NCBI RefSeq assembly: GCF_964355755.1
Contig: NC_092671.1
Location: 4,526,001-4,590,000 of the forward strand
DNA: 64,000 nt
DNA from: Antedon mediterranea
Taxonomy: Eukaryota > Animalia > Echinodermata
Direction: 5' to 3'
Made by a program: the position numbers and the translations under genes
The notes under the pieces: generated by a model
Told to the model about the DNA's origin: nothing
Seen by the model: only the letters and a program-made list of their open reading frames with translations
The model's database searches: none
Shown here: positions 50,573 through 62,782 of the stretch, one piece after another
Position numbering within the stretch: the first letter of the stretch is position 1
How the letters are laid out: every line of letters starts with the position of its first letter

Positions 50573-52573
50573 TCATTTTCTACGACATTTTCCGAAACAG
50601 AGGTCAACGAATGCTTTTCGAAAACTTTCATTCACTACATTATATATCAAAGGATTTACAGATGAGTTTATATAAGTTGCAAAATGACAAATGGTTGACA
50701 ACCAAAATACATCTGTTTCATGAATATTAAACTCATTAAACAAGTATAATGTTGCAAATACGTAAAACGGTGTCATACATAACACAAAAACCGTGACTGT
50801 CACAAATGCTGTACAGAATATTTTACGCTCAGATCTTGAACGTGGGTCGGTCTTGCCTGAAGTTGGTACACTATCGCTGGATGTTCGTAAAGAATATAGC
50901 ATTATACAGATATTGACTGCTTAGAGGTTAAATATAAGATTTGACATCCCCGAGGGAATGATATTAAGTTCGAGGGAATATATATTTCCCGAAGCGCCAG
51001 CTGAGGGAAATATATATTCCCCGAGAACTTAATATCATTCCCGAGGGGATGTCAAATCTTATATTTAACCGATATAAAAGGCAATATCTGTTATATTATA
51101 TAGCCAAGAACAAGTCTGCTGGGTTGGGTGAAGCTAGGCTAGGCCTCCTATAGTATTTGTATTGTATTTAAAACAAGCCTGCCTAGACACCTTACCTTGC
51201 GAAGAATAATATACAGATAATTACTAATTGATGATTCCTTGGCAATAAAATATTCACTTAGGCCTAGGTCGTTTAAATTAACAGAAGAATTTCCATCAAT
51301 AAGCCTATTAATAATAATATTATAATCAGGTAGGCCGAATAAACAATTCGTCTTCTCTCGATCTTCGAGGAGCCGAATCACCGGATGTTCAGCGCGTACT
51401 AGTTACTAGGTTACTACCGTGAGTATTGACCAATCACAAACGGTGTTTCATCACATTTAGGGTGGACTTATAACAAATGAGGGCGCTATGTATGCATAGC
51501 TTAAATAGTTTAGAAGATTAATTTCTTCAAGCAAATTCCGTGGCCCAGCGGATGAAACGTTGTCTTGCGATGGAGTGACAATTCCACCCGAGTTCAAGAT
51601 CGAGTAGATGACTTTTGTTTATTTATCGGCAAACTCGAGTGTTGCACACGAAAATTACACAGTCAATATCATCGTACTCGAGAATTTATATGATTAATGA
51701 CAGGGGACACGATTATTACGCGAAAATTACACAGTCAATATCATCGTTCTCGAGGATATATACGATTTACGATCCTCGCAGCGGTAGTCATGTGATGCAG
51801 TTTCAACCAATCACGTTCGCGTATTTACATAGGCTATGTAATATAAGCGAATATAAAACTAAAATAATCACAATCAGTAGTATAGTGACTGCAAATTGCA
51901 GCGTCCACAACATTGCAAATCGGTTTTCGTAGCTTTCCTTAATAATACATATGTTTGTACTATTTGAGACGTCTTTATACATATCAGGCCAAGGGAAATT
52001 GACGGTTGCTCCGTACCTATGTACAGATATTAGTATATTTACCAACAAACTGAAAATCCATATAACTGCACATACTTTTACAGATCTTGAAAGAGTACCA
52101 AATCCACTTCTTTGAAACAAATAAGGTCTACAAACTGCCATATAACGTTCAACAGAAAGCCAGAAAATCGTTAACATAGCTACATGCCCTGCAATCCAAG
52201 AGCCATAACATACCAGTCCACACAACCAACTCCATTCTTCATCAGTAGCATTATGTACAAGAATTATAGATTCTTCACTTTTCCTTAATTCAACGGGCGA
52301 CACAATTAGGAATAACATATCAGCTATTGCCAAATTGGCTAGATACACGTACACTGATTTGCGCAGTTTACTTACTATAACGATAAATGTCATTATGTTG
52401 CCGATAATACCGATAGCGACGACAACATTAATCACATACCTAAGCACCATCTCCTCAAAATCTCTCTGCAGGAACATATATATAAAACCATCATATTTAC
52501 TCGTGTTAAACGTTGAAGTCTTGTTATCAAACACTGGTTCACCATGTGCTGTATTGTCGTCTGAAATTGACAT
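50573..52573 (-). pseudogene. GPCR (paralogue of 16286-17341) split at the end of TM5 by a 942-bp insertion
   Basis: ORFs 51803-52573 and 50573-50902 join to a full receptor once 50903-51844 is removed. Confidence 0.92.
50903..51844. mobile_element. Hairpin-bearing non-autonomous element (Crypton-like)
   Basis: Host agcat|aagcga split with at most a 2-bp AT overlap; ~65-bp inverted arms 50926-50990 / 51005-51070 near one end and a CCAATCA near the other; no long TIR. Confidence 0.7.
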
Positions 52574-54743
52574 TGTTATTATCTAAAATTGTCTTTCTGC
52601 TTTAAAATAACAAAGGAAAATATGTCAGCGACGACGTATACAATTCCGATACTAAGAAGAATTACTATTGAAATTATAAACACTTCTTTCGCGGTAGGTA
52701 ACCGAGATTCAAAAATATTTACACCACGAAAAAGGCTCAAGTTCTTCTGGCAAAATATTTGTTACTAAAAAGCGGACGTGAAGATTACTGACGTTTGATT
52801 CAAACGAATACCACTTATAACATATGATAAACGATTTAGGTACAGGTACACAATCATATACCCTTTTCTTTGAATTCATGAATTCTACGTCACATGCGAA
52901 AGTAAGTCTTAGCCAATGACAAGCGACGGCTTGAACGATAGTATGAGTTCTTTTCACTATTCGCAAACAATCTGCACTTTTCTCTAATAACCTCAACATC
53001 CCATCCCAGTTGCATGTAATCTTTCCTAATGTATTTATTCGAAGCCTCGGTTTATCATTAGCAGTGATTACCTTTAACTCGGCAACCAATTAATCTAAAT
53101 GTAAACAATTTAAAAACTAATGCCACTTTTCATTTGTTCTGTTGTAAATGTATATTTTAATTAAACATATTATTTTAATATTATTATTTTAACATTTTAA
53201 TTTTGTATTTGTTGTTGAATTTTGTTTTCATCATTTCACGATGTGTACTTATGAATATTACAATTAGTCTGGGATCAGAAAAGTGTTACAGTAAGTATAT
53301 ATTATTAACTACATAATCAAACTTATAAATTTAAATCAAAATCCAGGTGTTAGAAATGATGCAATAACAATTAACACATCAGAGAAAGTGACTTTATTTA
53401 GTAGAAGATTTATAATTTATAACATAATGCAAAATGGTATTTTAGGATATTTAGGTACCATTATATGCAGAGACCACAGATTGTATTACCTTATATTTAA
53501 AACTATAATGAATGTACGATTATTTTTAAAATTAACCGTCGAGAGCTTGTTCCATAAATAAGTATAATTATTTGATTACTATTAAATGTACTTACACACC
53601 CACACAGCACTTTTTTCTTAATGTACCAGAAGTACACAGGGGTAGCAACTGTATTTAATGTTACCCGTTGTTCCGCAAAAATATATATGTATTATTGACT
53701 GTAAATGAATAATATAATGGCTGTTTTTGTTCTTCGGTTTAATTACCATGTCGAACAATCGATTACTCTGAATTGTAGCGACATAATATAAGCCACATCC
53801 TTCCCGTGGCTTGAGGGTACTTGTGTTTTGTAAAAGGTACATCTACTCATTCAAATTTGTTTTTACAGCATACAAACAATAGTGATTGCCTTTAAACATT
53901 ATTAATATATTTTATGTCGTCTGATTTTGTTTAATTATCAGTAAAAGGAAGAATACCTAATTGTTCGTAATACGTAAATCGTGTAATCAAATCCATTGAC
54001 GAACTGAAATTCCATATAGTTCAATTAAAAACTCTTTGGGTGAAAATAAACTTGGTATTTCATTACAGTATTTGCAACTCACAACTAGTATCCAAACGGC
54101 ACATTGAGAGGCAAAATATATCGTATTCAAGAATGTTAAAAAGGTATAGCACTAACCACACGGTATATGCAAACAACATAAACTGGATATCCATCTGTTA
54201 TTTCATACATTCCCTTGCCCTATTTCCATTTAAATTCGCTGTTCAAGACTATGTTTAGGTATAAATTGATTATTATTATCATGATTTATGTGTCATCACT
54301 ATCACTAGTGTCATCAACCTTTCCATCGTTGTGTCATCATCCTGTTAATATTTATCACTATTTCGTATGCTTATTTTCTACATAAAATCAATATTTATAA
54401 AACACTTAAATAAACCCAATTATTACACATCTTGGTTTTACAATTGATAGCCTTAATGATAATTAAGCCTTTTTTCTAAATATTAAATACCTAATTAAAG
54501 GATTTACCTTTTATGAGACCTTCAGATCTTCGAACTTTTTTGTTTGTAACTTTTTTAACAAGCAAAATTAGTAGGCATACATATAGAAACGTTAGTTCAC
54601 ATCAAATGCCATTTGGAATGTTATTGTTTATATGTGCCAAAGCCAAGCAGAAAATTACCGTGCTATTTGGATTTCCAACGCGAAATTACAGAACTTCATC
54701 GTATATTACGTTGAGAATGCTACTTACTAAGGTGGTTTAGGTA

Positions 54744-57119
54744 TCATTTAGTATATCTATTGTAGAAAACTTCAATACATGCTTGTCTAAAACTTCCATT
54801 TAATACATTATATATAAAGGGATTTACGGAAGAATTTATATATGTTCCAAAACGACAAACAATTGAAAACCAAAATGCATCTGTTCCAAAAAAATTAAAC
54901 AAGTATAATATTGCAAACACATAAATCGGTGTCATGCAGAAAACATAAACTGTGACTGTCACAAAAACTGTACAGAAAATTCTCCTCTCAGATTTAGAAC
55001 GTGGGTCGGAATTTGACACGGTATTGTGTGACTTTCTTAAAGAATAGAGCATAAGAAAACATAAAGCTAAAATAATCCCAATTAACAACATAGTTAATGT
55101 GAATTTCAGAGTCCACAAAATTGTACATAGTTTTTTGTAATTTGGTTTGATGAGCCATATAGTTGCACGATTTGAGATACCTCTATACATATCAGGCCAT
55201 GGGAAAATAACGTTTCCTTGGTATTTATAAACAAGTGATGTTGTATTCACAGACAAACTGAAAATCCATATAATTACACAAACTTTTACAGATCTTGAAA
55301 GAGTACCGAATCTGCTTTAAACTGGTATGGTCTACAAACTGCCATATAACGTTCAATGGAAAGCCAAAGAATAGTTAAAATGGCTACATGCACGGCACAC
55401 ACAGGTAGGTAAGTTTGCAGCCCACACAACCATGTCTTTCGTAAATCATAAATTTTATAGGACTAGATGGTACGCTCGCTTCGCTCGCGTAACATCTAGG
55501 TCGTGCCCACAGATGGTTCTCGAATAAACAGTAATTTCAGCGTAGCAAAACTGGCGATTTCAAATGTACGTACCGCAGGACTATAATACATTGTCGTTTA
55601 CAGAAACGAATAAATAGACACGATGATTTATGTAGTCAACTAAAATTAGCACCCTGTGAATTACTTCCGAAGGAGAAACTTATCAAAATGAGTCCAAATT
55701 TTTGATTTGGCCTCATTTAAAGAAACCCAATTTGTGTTTTGTATGTAACATTAGGGTTGAGGGATGGGAAAGCGGATAGGTACAAAGAGGAACAATTTTT
55801 AAATATATTCTTTATCAACTCAGTAACGAAATATTTTGTTCTTGTTTTATAGGCCTATAAATACTATACCTCTAAATACAGTAAAACATTTGAGATTTAA
55901 TAAATAATACTTTGTTAAAACTGTCACTGTCATAATCGATTGAAATATTAAAGTACATGTCACGATACACCACTACGACGTTTATATTTTTGGTAATTAT
56001 TAATTAATACAAACGTTGAGAAGGAACTGTCAGTATAATATAAAGTTTATTTGTATATAATAATGTGTTTATATATCTAACAGTACAGCCTATCCACAAT
56101 CTCAGTAATAAAGTTTATTTGTATATATTTTTATATTACATCTAACAGTACGAACATTCACAGTAAGAAATTTTCGATTCAAATGAGGTATTTACAGTAT
56201 TGTCAAAGTATTGCAAGTTTAATCTCAAAGGGCCCATATATTTACCTACCGTATGTGTTAAACCAGGGGCTCATAAATTTACCTACTTGTGTTAAACCAA
56301 ACTCTGGCAGACTGAGAGATTGGGATGTTCCATTCATCGCAAATCAATACATTTGTATAAACGTATATTAAATCTATCAAAATAGTATTTTTTTAAGAAA
56401 ATCGGCCTGTCTTCACCATTATGATGGTGTACTCTAGCTGTTCAACCGGTTTTCAGCTATTAAAAACAATTATCGTAGGAGGAGATAGGAAAATGCGAAG
56501 CCTCCTCGCATTTTTGTGGCGGGTATTTTTCAAGATGGACATCCATTAGACAGTGTATACCACGATCAGAAAACACCTCTATTTGGGGCAAATCGTTGAA
56601 CCTAAATTCGTTTTAATCGTCAATAACTAATTATCTAACTTAATTTAATTAGTAAACAGGGTTACATCAGGTGGTTAAAATCAGTACCGAAAGTACGAAC
56701 CAACTTTATATACCATCGAGTACAAATTCTAGAAGTAAGGCGCAATTTACCGAATTTTGCCCTTACGTAAATTTATATATAGATATCGGAACGAAATCCT
56801 CACTTATTCCCACTTCAACAGGCGCCGCAATTAAAAATAACATGTCAGCTATCGCCAAATTGGCTAGATACACGTAAACTGATTTGCGCAGTTTACTTAC
56901 TATTACGATAAATGTCATAATGTTGCCGATAACACCAAAAGCGATCATAAGATAAATGACGTATTTAAGCACCATCTGTTCAAAATTACTTTTCAGGAAT
57001 ATATCTATGAAATCATCATATTGACTGGTGTTAGACGTTGAAGTAAAGTGTCCATTACCGAGTGATGTATTTTCAACTGAAATTGACATTTTTCTGTTTT
57101 GGAAAACATCTACATTCAT
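54744..57119 (-). pseudogene. GPCR (paralogue of 23703-24785) disrupted by a Helitron and frameshifts
   Basis: Helitron 55463-56783 in ECL1; 4-bp deletion at ~55316; ECL2 Cys to Trp (ATIC to ATIW); 1-bp deletion near the stop. Confidence 0.92.
55463..56783 (-). mobile_element. Complete non-autonomous Helitron, 1321 bp
   Basis: 5' TCTATATATA, 3' hairpin plus CTAG; inserted at A|T (gga|tatcgga, intact at 24441-24450); no TSD. Confidence 0.92.
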
Positions 57120-58852
57120 ATTGTCTTCAGCTTCGCAATCAAATGTATTTGTTTCAAATAAAATATAATTACACAGCGACGATGAATTTAATAGCAAAGA
57201 GTGGTTTGTGTTGCTTACAAAGTAAGATTCATGTGAACACGGTTAATCTTGCAAAAGTTTCACATATTTTAATGGTGTTTGCCGAAATGCCATTAGAATT
57301 AAATTATGTGTTCAAACGTATAGCACGTAGGCCTAAAGTATCTGGAAAACAATTTGTTAGCAAAACGACACTGAATATCCAAAATAGGTTGCATGCAATT
57401 CACGTAAAATTTTACTTTCAAATAACAGAATCAATGTTCAATCTATAGAAACAAACTTACAACTATGACGCACAGCGCAGTGACGTAAGCGTTGAACTAC
57501 CTTGCTATTGGTTACTCGCTTTGTATTTATCTATTGCAATGCATCTCACATCCTCTACCGCATATTTAAAATGTAGGTATTTGATGTTAAACAGCTGTTT
57601 TTCGTGCCTTATTTTATGATTTCCTTTTCAGGTGACTAAAAGCAATATCTTCTTGGCATCTCTTCACTCTCCAAACAAGTATGTTTTCTCGGAATAATGA
57701 TTATAAACCGTAAGTCCAGTGTACACAAAATGTTCTCGTGCAAAGAAACATTTTTCAAGACGAGTTGGAGGTTACTGTGTACTAGGTCACACAGACACTG
57801 TCATGAAGAAGCATGTATTAGAAAATTGTAACTTCTAAGTCCACGGCGGGCTCAATTGTAGTTTAAATTGCGTTATAAAAATGGCAATTACATTATTTTA
57901 TAATCTAATCTACTAAAACTAAATCAGGTGTAATTTTACTTCACTACAAAGCCTCCTATTACCATTATTAGTAAACGAAAAATCAATTAATTTAAATGTA
58001 AATAATTTAAAAAACTGAGGTTTTGATCTTGATGAGTCATTGTAACTTATTCAAATATTTTTTTTCTTTTGGATGATATACTAACTATTGTAACTTGTTA
58101 TGAAATATTTTATGTAAATAAATATTTTATTAACTAATCTTTTTTCTTTGCAACTGCGTTAATAATTAATTATTTGTCTTTATCATTCATTACATGGCTG
58201 TGCAGTCTTGTTATTTACTTACTAATTGAGAATAGCGAAGATTTCAGTATTTATCATCGAGTAAACATGTGTTATAATTAATTTCTCTTCTCGATGTCAA
58301 CGATCGAATGCCGTAGTATGTCGCTGTCTCAACCATATTCCATCATTCCATCTTAAGGTCAATTCATTGGCACTGAATTTATTCAAATTCAGATTCAAAC
58401 AATATTAAAACGAAGCATCAAAAACTGAATTGAATTTTAGCGAAAACCATCAAAATGTAAAACAGTTAAACAGAGAAATAATAGATTTATTACAACTATT
58501 AAAACACATGGATATAAGGAAGTTATAATTTTACCGAACTTCTTTGTTATAAAACTGGCAGGAAGTATATTCTTTCTGATAAAGTATACAACTATTTTAT
58601 CAATATCTTTCGAAGAAACACAAACTTATCGTTGAGAATCAGGCACTTGGATGATTTAGAACAAAGCTATTTATATCGAGATTTATCGACTCACCGAATA
58701 ATGTATTGGATATCGGTAGAAAATTATTTACTTACGATATAGTAGGCTTATGAGTTGCACATACATACATAATTATAATGGCTATGTTTTTAACCTACTA
58801 TGCCAACTATTGTGATTGAAAATGTTCATCTGGCTTGAAGATCCAATCCAAT

Positions 58853-58993
58853 TCTGTCTACACTATCGAACTAGTTTGACAAAAAAAGTGTGATGTACCC
58901 AAATACAGAAGTTATATGACATCATCGTGTCCATATATGGGCATATTAATTTTGTTTTGTCACAAGTCAAGTTTGATAGTGTAGACAGAGCTT
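58853..58993. mobile_element. Short PIF-like MITE (duplicate of 31830-31969)
   Basis: Same termini and flanks as the 31830 copy. Confidence 0.65.
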
Positions 58994-60439
58994 TATAAGG
59001 ATATTATGAAAATTCCAATGAACTAAGTTTTGAGGAAAATTTACTCCATTCTATTGCACTCCATTATATTTCACAACCAATATTCATTCATTTATTTACT
59101 TATAGGCCTACAAAACATACAAAACAAAAATTCAACAAAAAACACATTTTCATCAACGCTGATGCAGGTTGGATTGTGAATACATTTTGTTAATCAAACG
59201 ATTACAACTGTCATACATTCTGTTCTTAAAAACTGTGATATTATACATTGAGGGAATATGTTATATTTATATGTACCAAAGGTATTGAAATAGAAAAATT
59301 AATAATTTATTAGGATTTAGTTAGTTAATTAAGTTTAAATTATTAAGATAAACAATCAAGATTGCTGAAATAAGAAAATATATCCATTTGCCGATCCTTT
59401 TCCTTATGAAAAAATCTGATTGCTTCTTTCTGGAAAAGGAAGTGATGTAATTTTAAAAGAAAAATGTAACAAATATACATACCCATTTTAAATATTAAAA
59501 GGAAGTTGTAAAAGGTGCACCATACTGTCTTATCATTTTATTGACTAAATATAATTTTCAGAAAAAGAATAACAAAATGTATTTGTACAATTATATATTA
59601 TATATCAATATTTTTTCGAAAAAAACAGAAAGCTATTCATTTATTAAAATCATCTTCACAGAAAAACTGAATTGTGACAATATTTTACGTTATTAAAAGG
59701 TGCTTACAATATTTAAAATGTTTCAAAAAGATAGCATAAAATAACATCAAACAATTAAGAAACACACAATACATCATAAAAAAACAATAAAATAAACGAG
59801 CACAACAACAAAACTAGTAAAAATCCAAATGACTGGCCAAGTGAATTGGAAAAATTACCTAACATATTATTTTTTATTCTTATTACTTCAAACATATTAT
59901 ACAGGGGAATACAATTATTTTCAATGCAATAGTAATTGGGCGATTGCATGTCTGTACCGGGTGTTACGAGAGATTCAAAACTGCTCAATAATGTGTTATA
60001 TTATTATTGGCACATAGTATCAAAAAGCGGGGATAAATTCTTTTCAAAATGCCCGTCGTATGAGGAAATATCGGTTCTTTTGTGGTGTTTTACCATAATA
60101 TGACTAAGTAGGGCGTGTTCAATATCCTACGTACTAAAGTTCATTCTATAATACAAAATCAGTCAATCGAATAGTGTGTCTATAACTAGTGCTTGCCTAT
60201 ATATGTGTGCTTTACTTTGCAGTCAAAGGTGAAATGATCCGAATAATCTTGAATATCAATAAATTGTTTTTAAGGATTGAAATAAATTCCAAGAAGATTA
60301 TTAACTAACTACAAACGGTTAATAAACAAAATTACATCAGCAAAGAATTAAAGAATGTCATAATTAATGTGATTATTGAAGATTAAATGTCTCTAAAAAA
60401 AGCCTTTTTTTTAAATCAATTCAGTCAAAAGAAAATTTT

Positions 60440-60590
60440 TTTTATTTTTTTTTAAATTTTATTTTATTCAATCGAAACCAACAGCGATAATTACCGCAAC
60501 TAACAGGTTTGATACAAACAAAGCCAGGTAAAGCACCTTGATTGGTCCAGTGCCCACCTTGACCAGAGGAAAAGCATAAGCCAATCCGTC
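60440..60590 (-). mobile_element. 3' part of the 5S-derived SINE, second copy
   Basis: acagcgataattaccgc..atacaaacaaagccagg..aaagcaccttgattggtcc..agtgcccaccttgacca matches 18330-18485, with an internal deletion. Confidence 0.75.
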
Positions 60591-60639
60591 GGGTCCTCCT
60601 AAATACCAAGACCTACCAAGAACTACCAAGACCTAGGCC

Positions 60640-60955
60640 TAACAAGACCTGTCAATTTGAAAAATGATATATATATAGACTTCTAATGTCATTTCCAACA
60701 ATAAAACCTCAATTTTAGGGCGATATAGACACCAAAAATGTTAAATAATCGACAAGCTTCGCGTTCGCGAAACGAACTGAGTTTATGCATACATTGAGTC
60801 ACAAATGTCCGTATTGCGTCAACTAGTATGACCGACCAAGACCTGTCAATTTAAAGTGTTAATTTAACGAAATATGATATATATAGACTTCTAATAGCAT
60901 TTCCAATAATAAAACCTCAATTTTAGCCCGATATAGACACCAAAAATGTTAAATG
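60640..60955. repeat. ~190-bp direct duplication with a partial inverted copy at ~61010-61035
   Basis: caagacctgtcaattt...atgatatatatagacttctaat...gatatagacaccaaaaatgttaaat occurs twice; likely a transposon remnant. Confidence 0.65.
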
Positions 60956-61110
60956 TAGGCCTACGACAGGAGAGCTGCGTCGAGTGTCAGTGAACCATAC
61001 ATAGGCCTACTTGTCGCGATTATTTAACATTTTCGTAACATTTTTAATATTTAAGATTTAAAGGGTTAAAGGTGGCACTTAAAATTGAAATTCAAATTAA
61101 TGAAATTAAC

Positions 61111-62199
61111 TTAAACGTGAAATATACCATTAATTTTTATGCGAATTTTCGTGTAGAAGACGTCAATAAATGCTTTTCTGAAACTTTTATTTATTACATT
61201 ATATATCAACGGATTTACAAAAGAATTTAAGCATATTAAAAACCGCCATATATTTGAGAACCAAAATGTATCTGGTCCAAGAATTTTAAAAATGTATATA
61301 TAAACAAACACATAAACCGGTGTCAAGCAGAAAACATAAACTGTGACTGTCACAAAAATTGTCCAAAGTAGTTTCCTTTCGGAATTAAAACGTGTGCCAT
61401 TTGGCATGCTATTGCGGGATTTTCTTATAGAACTGTAAATACGCGAATGCAAAAAAAAAATAATAATAATTAATGTTATAATAATCATAGACTGCAGAGT
61501 GGTCACAACTATGCACAGTTTATAGTGGATTGGCTTAATGAGACAGGTAATTGCTTGATTTGAGATACCTCTATACATATCAGGCCAAGGAAAAATAATG
61601 GTAGCTCGGTACCTGTAAACAAGCCCTATTGTATTCATCAAAAAACTGACAATCCATATAATTGTACAGACTAATACTGATCTCGAGAGAGTACCAAACT
61701 TACTTTCTTGAAACTGATAAGGTCTACAAACTGCCATATAGCGTTCAATTGAAAGCCAAAAAATTGTTAAAATGGCTGCATGTGCAGCACAATAAGGAAG
61801 GTATTGTAAAAGTCCACAAATCCAATTCCATTCTGTATCAGAAATCGTATATGGTATCGTTATAAAATCCTCGCTTTTGTCTTTTTCAAAGAGCATCAAA
61901 ATTAGAAGTAACGTATCAGCTATTGCCAAGTTCGCTAGATACACGTACACCGACTTGCGCAGTTTACTCACTATTACGATAAATGTCATAATGTTGCCGA
62001 TAATACCAAAAGCGGTCACAATATGAATCACATATACCATTACCATCTTCTCAACATCTTTATTCAGGAACATATTAATGAACTCATCATATTGACTCGT
62101 GTTAAACGCTGAAACCGTGTAATCAGATTCCGGTAAATCATAATATGATGTATTGTCAGCTGAAATCGACATGTTATTTTTGAAAATATCCACATTCAT
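61111..62199 (-). CDS. Intronless class A GPCR, ~362 aa
   Basis: Intact 7TM ORF; first ATG at 62199; SIERY, PWPDMYRG..C, CLTP, NPLIY. Confidence 0.93.
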   Translation of the reverse strand: MNVDIFKNNMSISADNTSYYDLPESDYTVSAFNTSQYDEFINMFLNKDVEKMVMVYVIHIVTAFGIIGNIMTFIVIVSKLRKSVYVYLANLAIADTLLLILMLFEKDKSEDFITIPYTISDTEWNWICGLLQYLPYCAAHAAILTIFWLSIERYMAVCRPYQFQESKFGTLSRSVLVCTIIWIVSFLMNTIGLVYRYRATIIFPWPDMYRGISNQAITCLIKPIHYKLCIVVTTLQSMIIITLIIIIFFLHSRIYSSIRKSRNSMPNGTRFNSERKLLWTIFVTVTVYVFCLTPVYVFVYIYIFKILGPDTFWFSNIWRFLICLNSFVNPLIYNVINKSFRKAFIDVFYTKIRIKINGIFHV

Positions 62200-62387
62200 A
62201 TTCCCTTCTCTCAATTAAATTTGTTTCCAATAAAATACAATTCAACTCCAGAGTTATAAAACAGACATACGAAAATGTGTTAGTAGTGTTTTGAAATACT
62301 GTTCTAAATGGTTACATCACGTATATACCAAGGAAATATGTCAAACAATTTTAAAAAGCAGATTATTTGAGGTTGTGTGTAGTTCCG

Positions 62388-62397
62388 GTGACGTCAC
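62388..62397. promoter_or_regulatory. Palindromic CRE-like site GTGACGTCAC ~190 bp upstream of the GPCR
   Basis: Perfect TGACGTCA consensus; function is inferred only. Confidence 0.35.
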
Positions 62398-62634
62398 TTG
62401 ATGTTTGATTATTCTCCGTACGGAAAAAAATGCCTCAGGATGCGTCGGCTCTTCCCGGATAACTTCGTCAATAATATTTCTTAACAATTTTGTAACGACT
62501 GTCCGTCTGGATTTAGCGGGCCGGAGTTAAATGTTAATATACAACTATAATATATAGGGCATATATAAATTTGAATTAGTGTCCATGAATTATTACAGTG
62601 TCAAACCATTTTTTGTTTTTTTTTTATTCTTTTT

Positions 62635-62758
62635 TTAGACGCTTGCAACGCGACTCTACAGCTCACTATATCGGTCAGTTGGTCGGTCGGTCGATTAGTC
62701 GGTCGGTCGGTAAACACTAACTTGAGCACGCGACTGCAGTCATCTATATGGCCTTGTT
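62635..62758 (+). mobile_element. HINE/DINE-1-like element, copy 3
   Basis: Same subTIRs, (GTCG)n and terminal ggccttgtt within a T-run as the 417 and 14372 copies. Confidence 0.72.
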
Positions 62759-62782
62759 TTTTTGGCATTACAGGTCAATGTA

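Larger units (their letters stand above)
45600..60015 (+). repeat. Segmental duplication, copy B
   Basis: Colinear with 11184-27485 but lacks the 17900-22400 block; the distal part is closer to 31255-38520. Confidence 0.9.
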
